Part shown: in pieces, positions 16,877-25,916 of the stretch | Numbering within the stretch: position 1 is the stretch's first letter | Layout of the letters: each line of letters begins with the position of its first letter | Source of the DNA: an uncultured virus (IMG/VR IMGVR_UViG_3300028800_000077) | Lineage: Duplodnaviria; Heunggongvirae; Uroviricota; Caudoviricetes | IMG/VR virus record: IMGVR_UViG_3300028800_000077 | Direction: 5' to 3' (one strand) | DNA: 64,000 nt | Notes under the pieces: generated by a model | Told to the model about the DNA's origin: nothing | Seen by the model: the letters and a program-made list of their open reading frames with translations, nothing else | Databases searched by the model: none | Program-made: the position numbers and the translations under genes

Positions 16877-17161
16877 ATGACTGGGCTAGTCTCGTTTCGA
16901 GAGGCAACGACAATGGAAGGAATTGAAGTGGCAAAGTCTACGACAGAGCGCAGCATGGGCGACCGTCTCATTGCTGCGCAGGAAAAGCTCGGCCTCACCA
17001 ACGAGGCGGCGGCCGAGGAGGCGTGCGTGGCGATTTCGACGTTCTACAAGTTCAAGAACGGCACGCGCCCGGTGCAGGAGTTTGCGGTCAAGCTGCTCGA
17101 ACGCCGAGTTGAAGTGGAGCGTCTGCAAGAGCGCGTTCGCCGCATGAAGGAAGCGGCCTAG
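16877..17161 (+). CDS. XRE/Cro-like HTH regulator
   Basis: RLIAAQEKLGLTNEAAAEEACVAISTFYKFKNG; exact start uncertain. Confidence 0.7.
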   Translation: MTGLVSFREATTMEGIEVAKSTTERSMGDRLIAAQEKLGLTNEAAAEEACVAISTFYKFKNGTRPVQEFAVKLLERRVEVERLQERVRRMKEAA

Positions 17162-17491
17162 ATGGACACCGGCATCCCCTGCCCGGCATGCGGCAGCGAC
17201 TCGTCCGACGTCGTCGATAGTCGGCCGACGCACGGCGCGTTCCGTCGTCGCCGGCAATGCGGATGCGGAGCCCGCTTCACGACCTACGAGATGGTCGACG
17301 AGGCGCAGCCTTCTCAGCGCAGCGTGATGCGCCAGCGGATCGCCGAGATGTCCAACGAGGAAGTGCTGGCGCTGGCCACGATACTCGAACAGGTCGACGT
17401 GCTGTTGAAGGCGTGCGGTGCGCCGACCTATCCACGATTTCAGAGGATGGCGCGGCGTCGCCCAGTGCCAGCCGAGAAGGTCGAGGCATGA
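17162..17491 (+). CDS. Protein with NrdR-like N-terminal zinc ribbon
   Basis: CPACG....VVDSR....[16 protein letters not shown]; no ATP-cone. Confidence 0.75.
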   Translation: MDTGIPCPACGSDSSDVVDSRPTHGAFRRRRQCGCGARFTTYEMVDEAQPSQRSVMRQRIAEMSNEEVLALATILEQVDVLLKACGAPTYPRFQRMARRRPVPAEKVEA

Positions 17492-17655
17492 TTTACATCG
17501 TCATCGCCGGCATCCTGACCTTGCTGACTATCGGGATGTTGTCGGCGGCGGTTCATCGTCGGGACAAGGCCCGCTTCCCGATGATGTTCGCGACTGCCTT
17601 GATGGCATACACGGCCTATCTCGTGCTGTCGCTGGGGCTGAGACTGGCAAACTGA
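17488..17655 (+). CDS. Small two-TM membrane protein
   Basis: Two hydrophobic stretches; ATGA coupling. Confidence 0.5.
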   Translation: MIYIVIAGILTLLTIGMLSAAVHRRDKARFPMMFATALMAYTAYLVLSLGLRLAN

Positions 17656-17677
17656 GGGATCAGAGGAGGATACTGGG

Positions 17678-18376
17678 GTGAGTAATTTCTTGAAGGACCA
17701 TCCGGAGGACTATTCGTTCATCGTCAAGAGCCGCGCGGTGGAGGGTGGCGAGTTCCGCCCCTTCGCTATCGCCAACTGCACGGACTGCGGTCGCGAGCAC
17801 GCGATGCGGGGAAAGGCAAACGATCCGATCCATCCGGTCGCCGTGCGCAAGTATTTCGTCAAGCTCGGTTGGGACTTCGACGAGAACAACAAACGCCGGT
17901 GCGTCTGTCCCAGCTGCATCACTATCCGCCGTCAAAAGAGGAAGGGTGAGAGCCCGAAGGGGAACAACGTCGTGTCCATCACCGTCAATCCATCGACCGC
18001 CGCACCACCGTCGCGCACCGTGCTCTCTGTTGTAGAGCGGGAGAAGTTGCGCGAAGTTTTGCAGGGCATCTTCGATGCGCCGGCTGGCCTCTACATCGAG
18101 AAGTCCGACGCCATCGTGGCGAAGGAACTCAACATGCCGATGGCGTTGGTCGTGCAGTATCGAGAGCTTGCCTTCGGCCCGTTGAAGTCCGTGCCCGAGC
18201 TTGAGGCGCTGGCGGCGCGCATCGACGAAGTCGAGAAAAGCATCCGGGGGCTCTCCGATGCCAGCGAGACGTGGCAGAAGAACGTGACCGCGAAGGGCCT
18301 CGAACTGCAGGAGATTTTGGAGTCCCTGCGTCGGCAGGTGAAAGACGCCTACGCCAAGCTGGGGCTGCCGCAGTGA
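17678..18376 (+). CDS. Zinc-finger/coiled-coil hypothetical protein
   Basis: CTDCG...GW...CPSC; SDAIVAKEL..P...V..YRE..FG. Confidence 0.6.
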   Translation: MSNFLKDHPEDYSFIVKSRAVEGGEFRPFAIANCTDCGREHAMRGKANDPIHPVAVRKYFVKLGWDFDENNKRRCVCPSCITIRRQKRKGESPKGNNVVSITVNPSTAAPPSRTVLSVVEREKLREVLQGIFDAPAGLYIEKSDAIVAKELNMPMALVVQYRELAFGPLKSVPELEALAARIDEVEKSIRGLSDASETWQKNVTAKGLELQEILESLRRQVKDAYAKLGLPQ

Positions 18377-18600
18377 GCGTCTATCCGTGGCGCAACACCG
18401 CGAACCCGGAAGCCGCCGCTGACTTCTGGAACGCGCATTACCCGCCGGGCACGGCCGTCACTGTGCAAGGCATCGAGACGCAGACGCGCGGCAAGGCATG
18501 GGCGAGTCGTGGCCGCGCCTACTGTTGCGCCAATGGCGTCGACGGCGCTCAGCCGTTGGCGTCGTTCACTCCGAAATGCAAGAAGCGGGTGCCGGCATGA
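18373..18600 (+). CDS. Hypothetical protein
   Basis: GTGA coupling; WNAHYPPGT.V. Confidence 0.55.
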   Translation: MSVYPWRNTANPEAAADFWNAHYPPGTAVTVQGIETQTRGKAWASRGRAYCCANGVDGAQPLASFTPKCKKRVPA

Positions 18601-18860
18601 ACGCGCCATCATCGCCGCGTGATCCGGGGCTCGCGAACGCGGACTTGATCGAGGCCGCCTTCGCGTTCGGCTATGCGCTCGGTATGGATCGCGCGCTCAA
18701 CATCGTGGCTGAGAATGGCAAGAGATCGCCGTTCGTCGATGTCAAATCGGCGGTTGCGGCGATGTGCAGCAAGATTGTCGAGGAGGAGAAGGCCCCGCCG
18801 ACCTTTACCGAGGCGCGCGTGGCAGCAGCAAGGCGACAGGCAGAAGGGCTCAAGACATGA
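18597..18860 (+). CDS. Hypothetical protein
   Basis: ATGA coupling both sides. Confidence 0.5.
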   Translation: MNAPSSPRDPGLANADLIEAAFAFGYALGMDRALNIVAENGKRSPFVDVKSAVAAMCSKIVEEEKAPPTFTEARVAAARRQAEGLKT

Positions 18861-19738
18861 GTTACGATTTCGAGAAAATGGCCGACGAGCTTGAAGCGGC
18901 GGGCGACTATCGTGTGCTGCGCCACGTGCCGCAGTGGCCCGGCCCGCAGCCGTCGACGTGGGGTGAGTACGAGGACATTAAGGCCGCGATCTTCCTCGAC
19001 GTCGAGACGACCGGGCTCAATCCCAAGACCGACAAGGTGATCGAGCTTGTCATGATGCCGTTCGCCTATGGCGCAATGAGCGGTGTGATCACCGACATCG
19101 GCGAGCCGTACCACGCCTACAACGATCCGGGCATCGCTATCCCGCCCAAGATCACGAAGCTCACCGGCATCACCGACGAGATGGTGAAGGGCAAGAGCTT
19201 CGACGTGAAGGCCATCGACACGTTCGCGTCTGGCTTCCGCTTCTGCATCGCGCACCACGCCAAGTTCGACCGGCCGTTCGTCGAAACGATCTCGCCTGTC
19301 TTCACTGGGCTGCACTGGGCTTGCTCTATGGAGCAGGTGCCATGGGACGAGTTCGAGATCACGGGCCGCAAGCTGGACTACATCGCGTTCCGCCTTGGCT
19401 GGTTCTACGAAGCGCACAAGGCGCAGAACGATTGCCACGCCGCGCTGAGCATTCTCGCGCGCACGATCCCCGGCCGCGACACGACGTTCATGCACGCGCT
19501 GCTGAGCGAGGCACGCAAGCCGAACTATCGCGTGTGGGCGACGGGCTCTCCCATCGGCGAGAAAGACAAGCTCAAGGATCGCGGCTATCGATGGGAGCCG
19601 GCGCGGAAGACGTGGCACACCGAAGTCGGCAAGGACGAAGTCGACGCTGAACTCGCGTGGCTGGCGACGAACGCCAAGACGCCGGGCGCAGAGGCGGTCC
19701 CGATCTCGCCGCTCAATCGCTTCACCGACAGGGTGTGA
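18857..19738 (+). CDS. DEDDh 3'-5' exonuclease (DnaQ-like)
   Basis: FLDVETTGL, IAHHAKFDRPF, AHKAQNDC. Confidence 0.9.
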   Translation: MSYDFEKMADELEAAGDYRVLRHVPQWPGPQPSTWGEYEDIKAAIFLDVETTGLNPKTDKVIELVMMPFAYGAMSGVITDIGEPYHAYNDPGIAIPPKITKLTGITDEMVKGKSFDVKAIDTFASGFRFCIAHHAKFDRPFVETISPVFTGLHWACSMEQVPWDEFEITGRKLDYIAFRLGWFYEAHKAQNDCHAALSILARTIPGRDTTFMHALLSEARKPNYRVWATGSPIGEKDKLKDRGYRWEPARKTWHTEVGKDEVDAELAWLATNAKTPGAEAVPISPLNRFTDRV

Positions 19739-19740
19739 CC

Positions 19741-20019
19741 ATGGGCCTGTTGCCGACCATGCCAATGATCCCCGAGGCCGAACTGAAGCGCGGCTGGACT
19801 CCCTACATGGGCGAGATCGAGCGCGGCATGATCTTCGCGTGGGAGCCGGACGAACCGAAGGCCCGCGAACTGATCATCGTGATCCGCGTTGATAGAGGCG
19901 ACGAAACTTACGTTTGGTCGCGCCCCTTGAGTGATAAGCATGCTCGCGCGACATGGGCCTCGGAGGGTCGCTTTCGCGAGGCCGTTGTCGAGACGCTCTA
20001 CAAGCCGCAGAACCCATGA
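19741..20019 (+). CDS. Hypothetical protein
   Basis: Tight packing. Confidence 0.5.
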   Translation: MGLLPTMPMIPEAELKRGWTPYMGEIERGMIFAWEPDEPKARELIIVIRVDRGDETYVWSRPLSDKHARATWASEGRFREAVVETLYKPQNP

Positions 20020-20164
20020 ACGACTTCATCCTGTTCATGATCTTGTTGGCGACGATGACGACATGCTCGAACGTCGAAAAGCTCGTTCCGGGCGACGGCA
20101 ACGCCTGCCCTGCCGTTTCCAGTAGCCGTGCCGGCTGGACCTGTCTCGACGAGAAGTGGAAGCC

Positions 20165-20605
20165 ATGAAAAAGCTCGATCCCGAACTGCAGGACACGCGC
20201 GATCAGGCCAAGGTCGTTGGCGTCATGGTGCTGATCCTGTTCGTGGTGCCGCTCGCCATCGGCTTGCCGATTGCGTGGCTGCGTCGGAACTACGGCATCG
20301 ACGAGAGCGCGCTGCTGTTCTTCCTCGTGTGGCTCGGCGCTGGCGCAGGCGTGTTGTGGGTCGAGAGCCGCACCGCGCCGCCGCGCAAGCCGGACGTCGT
20401 CGAGTTGCCGGCGGACTGGCCCAAGATCGCGAAGATGCCGTTCGCCGAGCGCACGTTGGCGTCGCAGAGTTTCTTCTATTGCTCTGCTTGCAAGCGGCCG
20501 AGGACGGCATGGAACTCATGCGATCTCGGTGCCTGCCCGCACGCATATCGACACAACCCCGACTGGGCGCAATGGTCCGGTGATGACGAGGAGCGCATAG
20601 GATGA
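20165..20605 (+). CDS. Hypothetical membrane protein with Cys-rich tail
   Basis: Two TM segments; CSAC..CDLGACP. Confidence 0.5.
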   Translation: MKKLDPELQDTRDQAKVVGVMVLILFVVPLAIGLPIAWLRRNYGIDESALLFFLVWLGAGAGVLWVESRTAPPRKPDVVELPADWPKIAKMPFAERTLASQSFFYCSACKRPRTAWNSCDLGACPHAYRHNPDWAQWSGDDEERIG

Positions 20606-20865
20606 CGACGATCTCTCAAAAGGCGGACTACGTTCGCGGCGAGCGCCAGACGCGCAACCACGAATGCCACTGGCCGGGTTGCGACAAGCAGGTCCCGCCG
20701 GCAATGTGGGGTTGCAAGGTGCACTGGTTCGCTCTGCCGCAGCGCCTTCGCAATGCCATCTGGCGCACCTACCAGCCGGGGCAGGAGAAAACCATGACGC
20801 CGAGCGCCGACTATCTGGCGGCGGCCGACGAAGTGCAGCGGTGGATCGCGGAGAATGCGAAGTGA
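20602..20865 (+). CDS. Conserved Cys/His phage protein
   Basis: HECHWPGC...VPPAMWGC..HW..LP. Confidence 0.65.
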   Translation: MTTISQKADYVRGERQTRNHECHWPGCDKQVPPAMWGCKVHWFALPQRLRNAIWRTYQPGQEKTMTPSADYLAAADEVQRWIAENAK

Positions 20866-21083
20866 CCAACGCTGAAATGGATGCCCCCCTAGAGGCCGGG
20901 GAAGCCTCGTGGGAGCGAGGCGAGCCGATGCCGGCATATCCGGGCGACCATTTCCCGATCACGTCTGGCGACCTGTTTTGGGTAGGCTACGTGCACGCCA
21001 GAGCGCGAGATTTTTACGCCGTCGCAAAATGGCGCTTTACCCTGATCGCATCGAGCCGAGGCCGTGAGAACCACGAGCATTAG
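20862..21083 (+). CDS. Hypothetical protein
   Basis: GTGA coupling. Confidence 0.45.
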   Translation: MTNAEMDAPLEAGEASWERGEPMPAYPGDHFPITSGDLFWVGYVHARARDFYAVAKWRFTLIASSRGRENHEH

Positions 21084-21225
21084 AATAGCCACCGAGGGTG
21101 GAAAGTATTTCGTTCAGGTGGTCGTGCAGCGGCCCGAGGAGCCGGCGCGCGTGCAGGTTTCGCATGGCCCGTATGACAACCGGAAGGCGGCGCTCAAGGC
21201 GCGCAAGGAACTGTACGGAGGGTGA
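21064..21225 (+). CDS. 53-aa hypothetical protein (not in ORF track)
   Basis: GTG start; KYFVQV...GPYDNRKAALKARKEL. Confidence 0.4.
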   Translation: MRTTSIRIATEGGKYFVQVVVQRPEEPARVQVSHGPYDNRKAALKARKELYGG

Positions 21226-21260
21226 CGACAGCGACCGGATCGGCTGGTGCAAGGAAAAAC

Positions 21261-21369
21261 TGCAGGTCTTACACTATGACCTGCATGTTTTGCGTTGACC
21301 AGCATCACCTGCAGTAACTATCTTGACCAGCATCGCCTGCAGGTTTTGCGGGCGACAGCATCACCAGCA
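21261..21369. repeat. 28-bp-period direct repeat array with inverted copy
   Basis: CC(T/A)GCA at 21280, 21308, 21336, 21364; TTGACCAGCATCRCCTGCAG twice; inverted TGCAGGTC/GACCTGCA. Confidence 0.65.
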
Positions 21370-21558
21370 AGGGAACGGCCGCCTGAGAAATCTCGCGGCG
21401 TCGCTCGGGCGTGAGGCGTTGGCGCGATCTTTGCCGCCGCCCTTTCCTTGGCCGCCCTTGGTCCTGTCCTCAGCTTCACCAGACGCGATTCGCACAATGT
21501 CGAATGCTCGCCGGTTCGGATCGGCAGCCCGTTTCTCGCCTTTTGGTCCTTTTGCCAT
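21361..21558 (-). pseudogene. Frameshifted small basic KGG-motif protein
   Basis: MAKGPKGEKR.AD...RIASGE...GG..RANA continues as LTPERRREISQAA only if one base is inserted near 21415. Confidence 0.55.
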
Positions 21559-21576
21559 GGTGTCATGATCGCGGCG

Positions 21577-22005
21577 TCAGGAATTGGCGCAGGCTGCGAG
21601 ACGGTTCATCGCCTCTGCCCGGTGCCGGGCATTGCCGGCCAGCAGGTGCCACGGGTTGATGCAGCCCTTGGTGCGGCATTCCCTGAACACGACGACGCCG
21701 CGCGGTAGCGGACCATGGGCGGCCTCCCACGCGAGATGGTGAGACTTCTGGCCGTCGATCATGCCTCGGTGCCCGGTCACGCAGGCGTCGATTTCGTTTT
21801 GCAGGCAGCGGCGGACTGCCAGCCTGAACGCGGCGGACTGCATGGCGCGCTTCCGGTCGCGCACGCGAACCTTTTCGATGCGCTTTTTGCGCGTCTTGCG
21901 AGGCTTCCTTTTGGGGACGGGCGGGTTGGCATGCAGATGCAGCGTCTCGCCGACATCGGGTTCATTAGCCGCCAGCCACAAGGTCTGTGGGGCGTGTTTC
22001 ACGGG
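21577..22005 (-). CDS. Degenerate HNH endonuclease-like protein (start uncertain)
   Basis: HHLAWEAAHGPLPRG.VV..ECRTKGCINPWHL; Arg-Glu where the family normally has His. Confidence 0.5.
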   Translation of the reverse strand, partial: PVKHAPQTLWLAANEPDVGETLHLHANPPVPKRKPRKTRKKRIEKVRVRDRKRAMQSAAFRLAVRRCLQNEIDACVTGHRGMIDGQKSHHLAWEAAHGPLPRGVVVFRECRTKGCINPWHLLAGNARHRAEAMNRLAACANS

Positions 22006-22057
22006 CTGAGATCGACGAAAGTTCGACACGTCGAGGAGAGTAGCCGGGGAGCAGTGA

Positions 22058-22705
22058 ATGCTCCACCTTGATTTTGGTTGCCAAGAGAGTAGTTTCCCTT
22101 CCCTAGCCAAAAGCTGGCCCGGCACCGCAACCGATAGCGGTGCGGTAGCCGTAGTGGGGGATTTTCCGCTGAGACGCTGGTACGTTGCGACCACGCAGCC
22201 TTGTGCTGAGCTTGTCGCCGAGGAGCAGCTTGGCCTACAGGGTTTTCAGCCCTTTGTGCCCAAGTGCCTGATCACACGCACGACCCGAGGGCGTCGCGTG
22301 ACCACCGAGCGTCCCTACCTGCCGAGCTACGTCTTCGTGCGGTTCGACATCCACGAAGACTACTGGGGCGCAATCAACAACACTCGCGGCGTGAAGCGCC
22401 TGATCTGCGGCGCTCCCGAGCGGCCATCGCCGATTCGTGACGAGGCGATGAAGATCATCCTTGATCGCTGCATTGGCCAGTACGTCAAGGCCGAGGAGAT
22501 CGACACGGCATGGTCCGGGCTGATAAAAGCCGGGACGATAATTCGCGTGACAGATGGGCCGTTCGAGGGGTTCGAGGGGCCGGTCATGTGGTCGCAAGCT
22601 GATCGCGTGCGAGCGCTGTTCACGTTCTTCGGCGCGCAGCGGGAAATCCCGTTGAACGTCAAGCAGGTTCGAGTTGTAGGCGAGGCAGCACGAAGGGTCG
22701 CGTGA
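22058..22705 (+). CDS. NusG/RfaH-family transcription antiterminator (true start may be GTG 22154)
   Basis: NGN: WYVATT, F.PFVP, PYLPSYVFVRFD, INNTRGV; KOW: GT.IRVTDGPFEGFEG, FFG. Confidence 0.88.
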   Translation: MLHLDFGCQESSFPSLAKSWPGTATDSGAVAVVGDFPLRRWYVATTQPCAELVAEEQLGLQGFQPFVPKCLITRTTRGRRVTTERPYLPSYVFVRFDIHEDYWGAINNTRGVKRLICGAPERPSPIRDEAMKIILDRCIGQYVKAEEIDTAWSGLIKAGTIIRVTDGPFEGFEGPVMWSQADRVRALFTFFGAQREIPLNVKQVRVVGEAARRVA

Positions 22706-22956
22706 TGTCGAAGTTGGAGCAGTTGCGCAAGTTGCGCGAGGCGAAGTACGAGCGGGACCGTGCGGCGGTTGTTGTGCTGGCAAAGCGCAAGCCGATCACG
22801 AAGAAGCTCCGTGACGCCGTTACGAAATTGTCCGTTACGAAATCCAGCCATGTCCCCGTCCCCGGCGTCAAGGGTAGCAAGGCCGGTCGGCCGCGCGTAC
22901 ACGAGTCGGCGGCCGACCGGCAGCGTTCCTACCGCGAGCGGAAGGCTGGCGCATGA
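22702..22956 (+). CDS. Small basic protein
   Basis: GRPRVHESAADRQRSYRERK. Confidence 0.6.
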   Translation: MMSKLEQLRKLREAKYERDRAAVVVLAKRKPITKKLRDAVTKLSVTKSSHVPVPGVKGSKAGRPRVHESAADRQRSYRERKAGA

Positions 22957-23135
22957 ACGCGCGGGGTGAGCGGCACGGCCGCGCCAAGCTCTCGATGTGG
23001 GACGTCATAGCGATCCGCTGCCTGCTGTCGATCCGCATCGACCCGCCGTCAGTGTCGGCCATCGCGCGGGCGTTCGAGATCAGCCGGCGCACCGTGACAG
23101 GCATCCGCTCCGGCAAGAACTGGGGCTGGCTGTGA
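22953..23135 (+). CDS. Small HTH protein (HNH-associated C-terminal type)
   Basis: GERHGRAKL...V..IR...IARAFEISRRTV..I..GKNW. Confidence 0.6.
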   Translation: MNARGERHGRAKLSMWDVIAIRCLLSIRIDPPSVSAIARAFEISRRTVTGIRSGKNWGWL

Positions 23136-23339
23136 CCACCAAGCACATCACGCTGCCACCGGGCGGCGGGACGTTCACGCACAACACGCCGGGCACCTAC
23201 ACTGTGACGATGGGCGGCGGGTGTTCCCCTGTCGAGGGGGCTTTCAGGGTCGGCGATCCAGTTGAGTTCCTGCTTGGGACTGGCGAGAACCATGGCGTCA
23301 TCACTCAGACATGGCCGCCATCGAAGGCCCGCAACCGCC

Positions 23340-23564
23340 ATGAGCGCAGAGCCGAGCGCCATGCCCGCTAGGTGCATCGCCCTCCTCGTCGGTGGGTCCA
23401 AGCATGGGACTTGGAAGGCTGTCGGCGAGAACGACACCACCATGATTTTCCCGACCGAAAACGGGTTCGAGGAATATCGCCAGCGCATTGTCGACGTCGG
23501 CGTTTATCGTGTTTGGGTGTTGGACGGATTGTCTGGCGAAGAAGTCGCGGCGGCTCTCCGATGA
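23340..23564 (+). CDS. Hypothetical protein
   Basis: LVGGSKHG; coupled to next ORF. Confidence 0.45.
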   Translation: MSAEPSAMPARCIALLVGGSKHGTWKAVGENDTTMIFPTENGFEEYRQRIVDVGVYRVWVLDGLSGEEVAAALR

Positions 23565-23705
23565 ACCCCGTGCTCTCGCCTGATTCGTGGCGTGCCGCCA
23601 TGCTGGCCGCCGCCGCTGCGATCCCGGTGCTGATCGCCAAGGGCCACTTTGAGGACGCTGCCCTGCTGGGCAAGCGTGGCCGCCAGTTCCAAGAGCGGGC
23701 GGGCG

Positions 23706-24407
23706 ATGGCGCGTAAGCCGAAGAAGCCCAAGCGCAAGAAGGCCGAACGCCTGCCGGCCGTGGTCGTGCCGGGCGATCTCGAAGTCGCGCCCGAACTCGA
23801 CGCCGAGGGCAAGCCCGTTACGATATTCGGCAGGCCGAGCGCCTACCGTCCCGAGTATGCGACCTTGGCCGCCCGTGCTTGTTTGGTGTACGGCAGCACG
23901 AACGACGATCTCGCGAAGTTTTTCGGTGTGGCCATTGCCACCATCGAGCGCTGGATCGAGGCCCACGCAGAGTTTCGAGGGGCCTTAAAGGGCGGCAAGG
24001 CACTCTCGAACCTCAAGGTCAACGAGAGCCTGTATCGCCGGGCAACTGGATGGGAGCATCCGGCCGAGAAGATTTTCATGGTCGACGTGACGACCACGCG
24101 CACGGCGGCCGATGGCAGCGTAGTGACGAGGACCACGAAGCGCCCGGTGCGCGTGCCGTACATCGAGCACTATCCGGGCGACACGACGGCCGCGATCTAC
24201 TGGACGAAGAACCGCGAGCCCGCGCTGTGGCGGGACAGGCCGAAGGACGACACCGAGGCCGCGACGGATCAGATGGGCGGCGAGATGCACTACCACCTGC
24301 ACATGCAGATGCCGAAGCCGGCGTCGGCTGACGAGGATCGCAGCTACCGAGATGGCCCTGTCATCGAGCACCAACCAGCAGCGCGAGAAGACAGCCAGTC
24401 GGGGTGA
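23706..24407 (+). CDS. terS: Terminase small subunit
   Basis: GRPSAY, G.T..DLAKFFGV...TIERW...H.EF, V..SLYRRATG, DTTAAIYWTKNR.P..WRD; precedes TerL. Confidence 0.85.
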   Translation: MARKPKKPKRKKAERLPAVVVPGDLEVAPELDAEGKPVTIFGRPSAYRPEYATLAARACLVYGSTNDDLAKFFGVAIATIERWIEAHAEFRGALKGGKALSNLKVNESLYRRATGWEHPAEKIFMVDVTTTRTAADGSVVTRTTKRPVRVPYIEHYPGDTTAAIYWTKNREPALWRDRPKDDTEAATDQMGGEMHYHLHMQMPKPASADEDRSYRDGPVIEHQPAAREDSQSG

Positions 24408-25656
24408 AGCCCGGCACATCACCTACACGCGGCCGTGGCTGTATCCCAAGCAGGAACACGCCATCTTCTATCCGCGAGATCGGTGGGGCCATCCAGCGCG
24501 GTTCAGCTTCATCGAAGCGGGGACGAAGACCGGCAAGACGGTTGGATGTATCGCGTGGCTATTCGAGAAAGCGCTGTTCGGCCGCAAGGGTCAGAACTAT
24601 TGGTGGGTCGCTCCCGTCTCGCAGCAAGCCGACATCGCATACAAGCGCATGTTGGCGGCCTACCCGGTCGGCACGTTCATCGCGAACGCCTCGAAGCACA
24701 CGCTGACGCTCGTGACCATCGGCACGGTGATCACGTTCAAGAGCGCCGAGAAGCCCGACAATCTGTTCGGTGAGGACGTCTACGCGGCGGTGTACGACGA
24801 GGCATCGCGCGGCCGACCGGAAAGCTGGCACGCGCTGCGGTCGACGCTGACCTTCACGAAGGGCGAGTGCCGGTTCATCGGCAACGTCAAGGGTCGCAAG
24901 AACTGGTTCTATCTGGCCGCGCACAAGGCCAAGGCTGGTGAGCCCGGCCGCGCCTACTTCAAGATCGTGGCGGCCGATGCGGTGAAGGCTGGCGTGCTGG
25001 ACGCGACCGAGATCGAGGACGCGAAGCGCGACTTGCCCGAGCAGGTCTTCAAGGAACTCTATCTCGCCGAGCCGTCCGACGATGGCGGCAACCCGTTCGG
25101 CCTCGCGGCCATCGCGTCGAACATTCATCCGATGTCGTCTGGCATCCCTGCGGTGTGGGGATGGGACTTGGCCAAGAGCCAAGACTGGACGGTCGGCATC
25201 GCGCTCGATCAGGCCGGCTATGTCTGCCGCTTCGAGCGGTTTCAGCAGCCGTGGGACTCGACGATGACGCGGATCATCGCGTGCACGGGCGTCGTGCCGG
25301 CGCTGGTTGATTCGACGGGCGTGGGCGATCCGATTGTCGAGATGCTGCAGAAGCGCTCAGGCACGAACTTCGAGGGCTATCACTTCACGGGGCCATCGAA
25401 GCAGAAGCTCATGGAGGCGCTGGCCGTGGCGATCCAAGGCCACGAGCTTACCTATCCGAAGGGGCCAATCGTCGATGAGCTTGACGAGTTCGAGTACGAG
25501 TACACGCGAACCGGCGTCCGCTACACCGCGCCGGAGGGCTACCATGATGACTGCGTCTGCGCTCTCGCGCTGGCGAACATGCACCGACTGACGGCGAGGA
25601 GGCCAATGGTTATCACCGACGCGATTCTGGCCCGCGCCGATCAGATGGGGCGATAA
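24352..25656 (+). CDS. terL: Terminase large subunit
   Basis: Walker A AGTKTGKT, Walker B VYDEAS, nuclease GWDLAKSQDWT, DSTGVGDP, HDDCVCALALA. Confidence 0.92.
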   Translation: MALSSSTNQQREKTASRGEARHITYTRPWLYPKQEHAIFYPRDRWGHPARFSFIEAGTKTGKTVGCIAWLFEKALFGRKGQNYWWVAPVSQQADIAYKRMLAAYPVGTFIANASKHTLTLVTIGTVITFKSAEKPDNLFGEDVYAAVYDEASRGRPESWHALRSTLTFTKGECRFIGNVKGRKNWFYLAAHKAKAGEPGRAYFKIVAADAVKAGVLDATEIEDAKRDLPEQVFKELYLAEPSDDGGNPFGLAAIASNIHPMSSGIPAVWGWDLAKSQDWTVGIALDQAGYVCRFERFQQPWDSTMTRIIACTGVVPALVDSTGVGDPIVEMLQKRSGTNFEGYHFTGPSKQKLMEALAVAIQGHELTYPKGPIVDELDEFEYEYTRTGVRYTAPEGYHDDCVCALALANMHRLTARRPMVITDAILARADQMGR

Positions 25657-25673
25657 CCTGAAGGAGAGAGACG

Positions 25674-25910
25674 ATGACAACGATCAAGACCGTCAACGCC
25701 ACGCAGTCCGAAAACGCGCCGGTAAGCTCGCTCCAGCCGGGCGATTGCTTCATGGGCGACGGCAATACCCCTTTCATGCTGACGAACATCGCGCCGACGA
25801 CGCCGGGCACGCTCGTAGCGATCAGCCTGCTCACCGGGCAGTCCAGCGACTTTTCGCCCGACGCTGTCGTGGTGAAGGTCGCCGATCTGGCGATGTCGAT
25901 CACGCTCTAG
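25674..25910 (+). CDS. Hypothetical protein
   Basis: Strong SD AAGGAG. Confidence 0.6.
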   Translation: MTTIKTVNATQSENAPVSSLQPGDCFMGDGNTPFMLTNIAPTTPGTLVAISLLTGQSSDFSPDAVVVKVADLAMSITL

Positions 25911-25916
25911 GGTTTG

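Noticed and set aside
22817..22843. CCGTTACGAAAT direct repeat as an iteron
   Set aside because: Only two copies and explained by a coding repeat (VTKLSVTKS)
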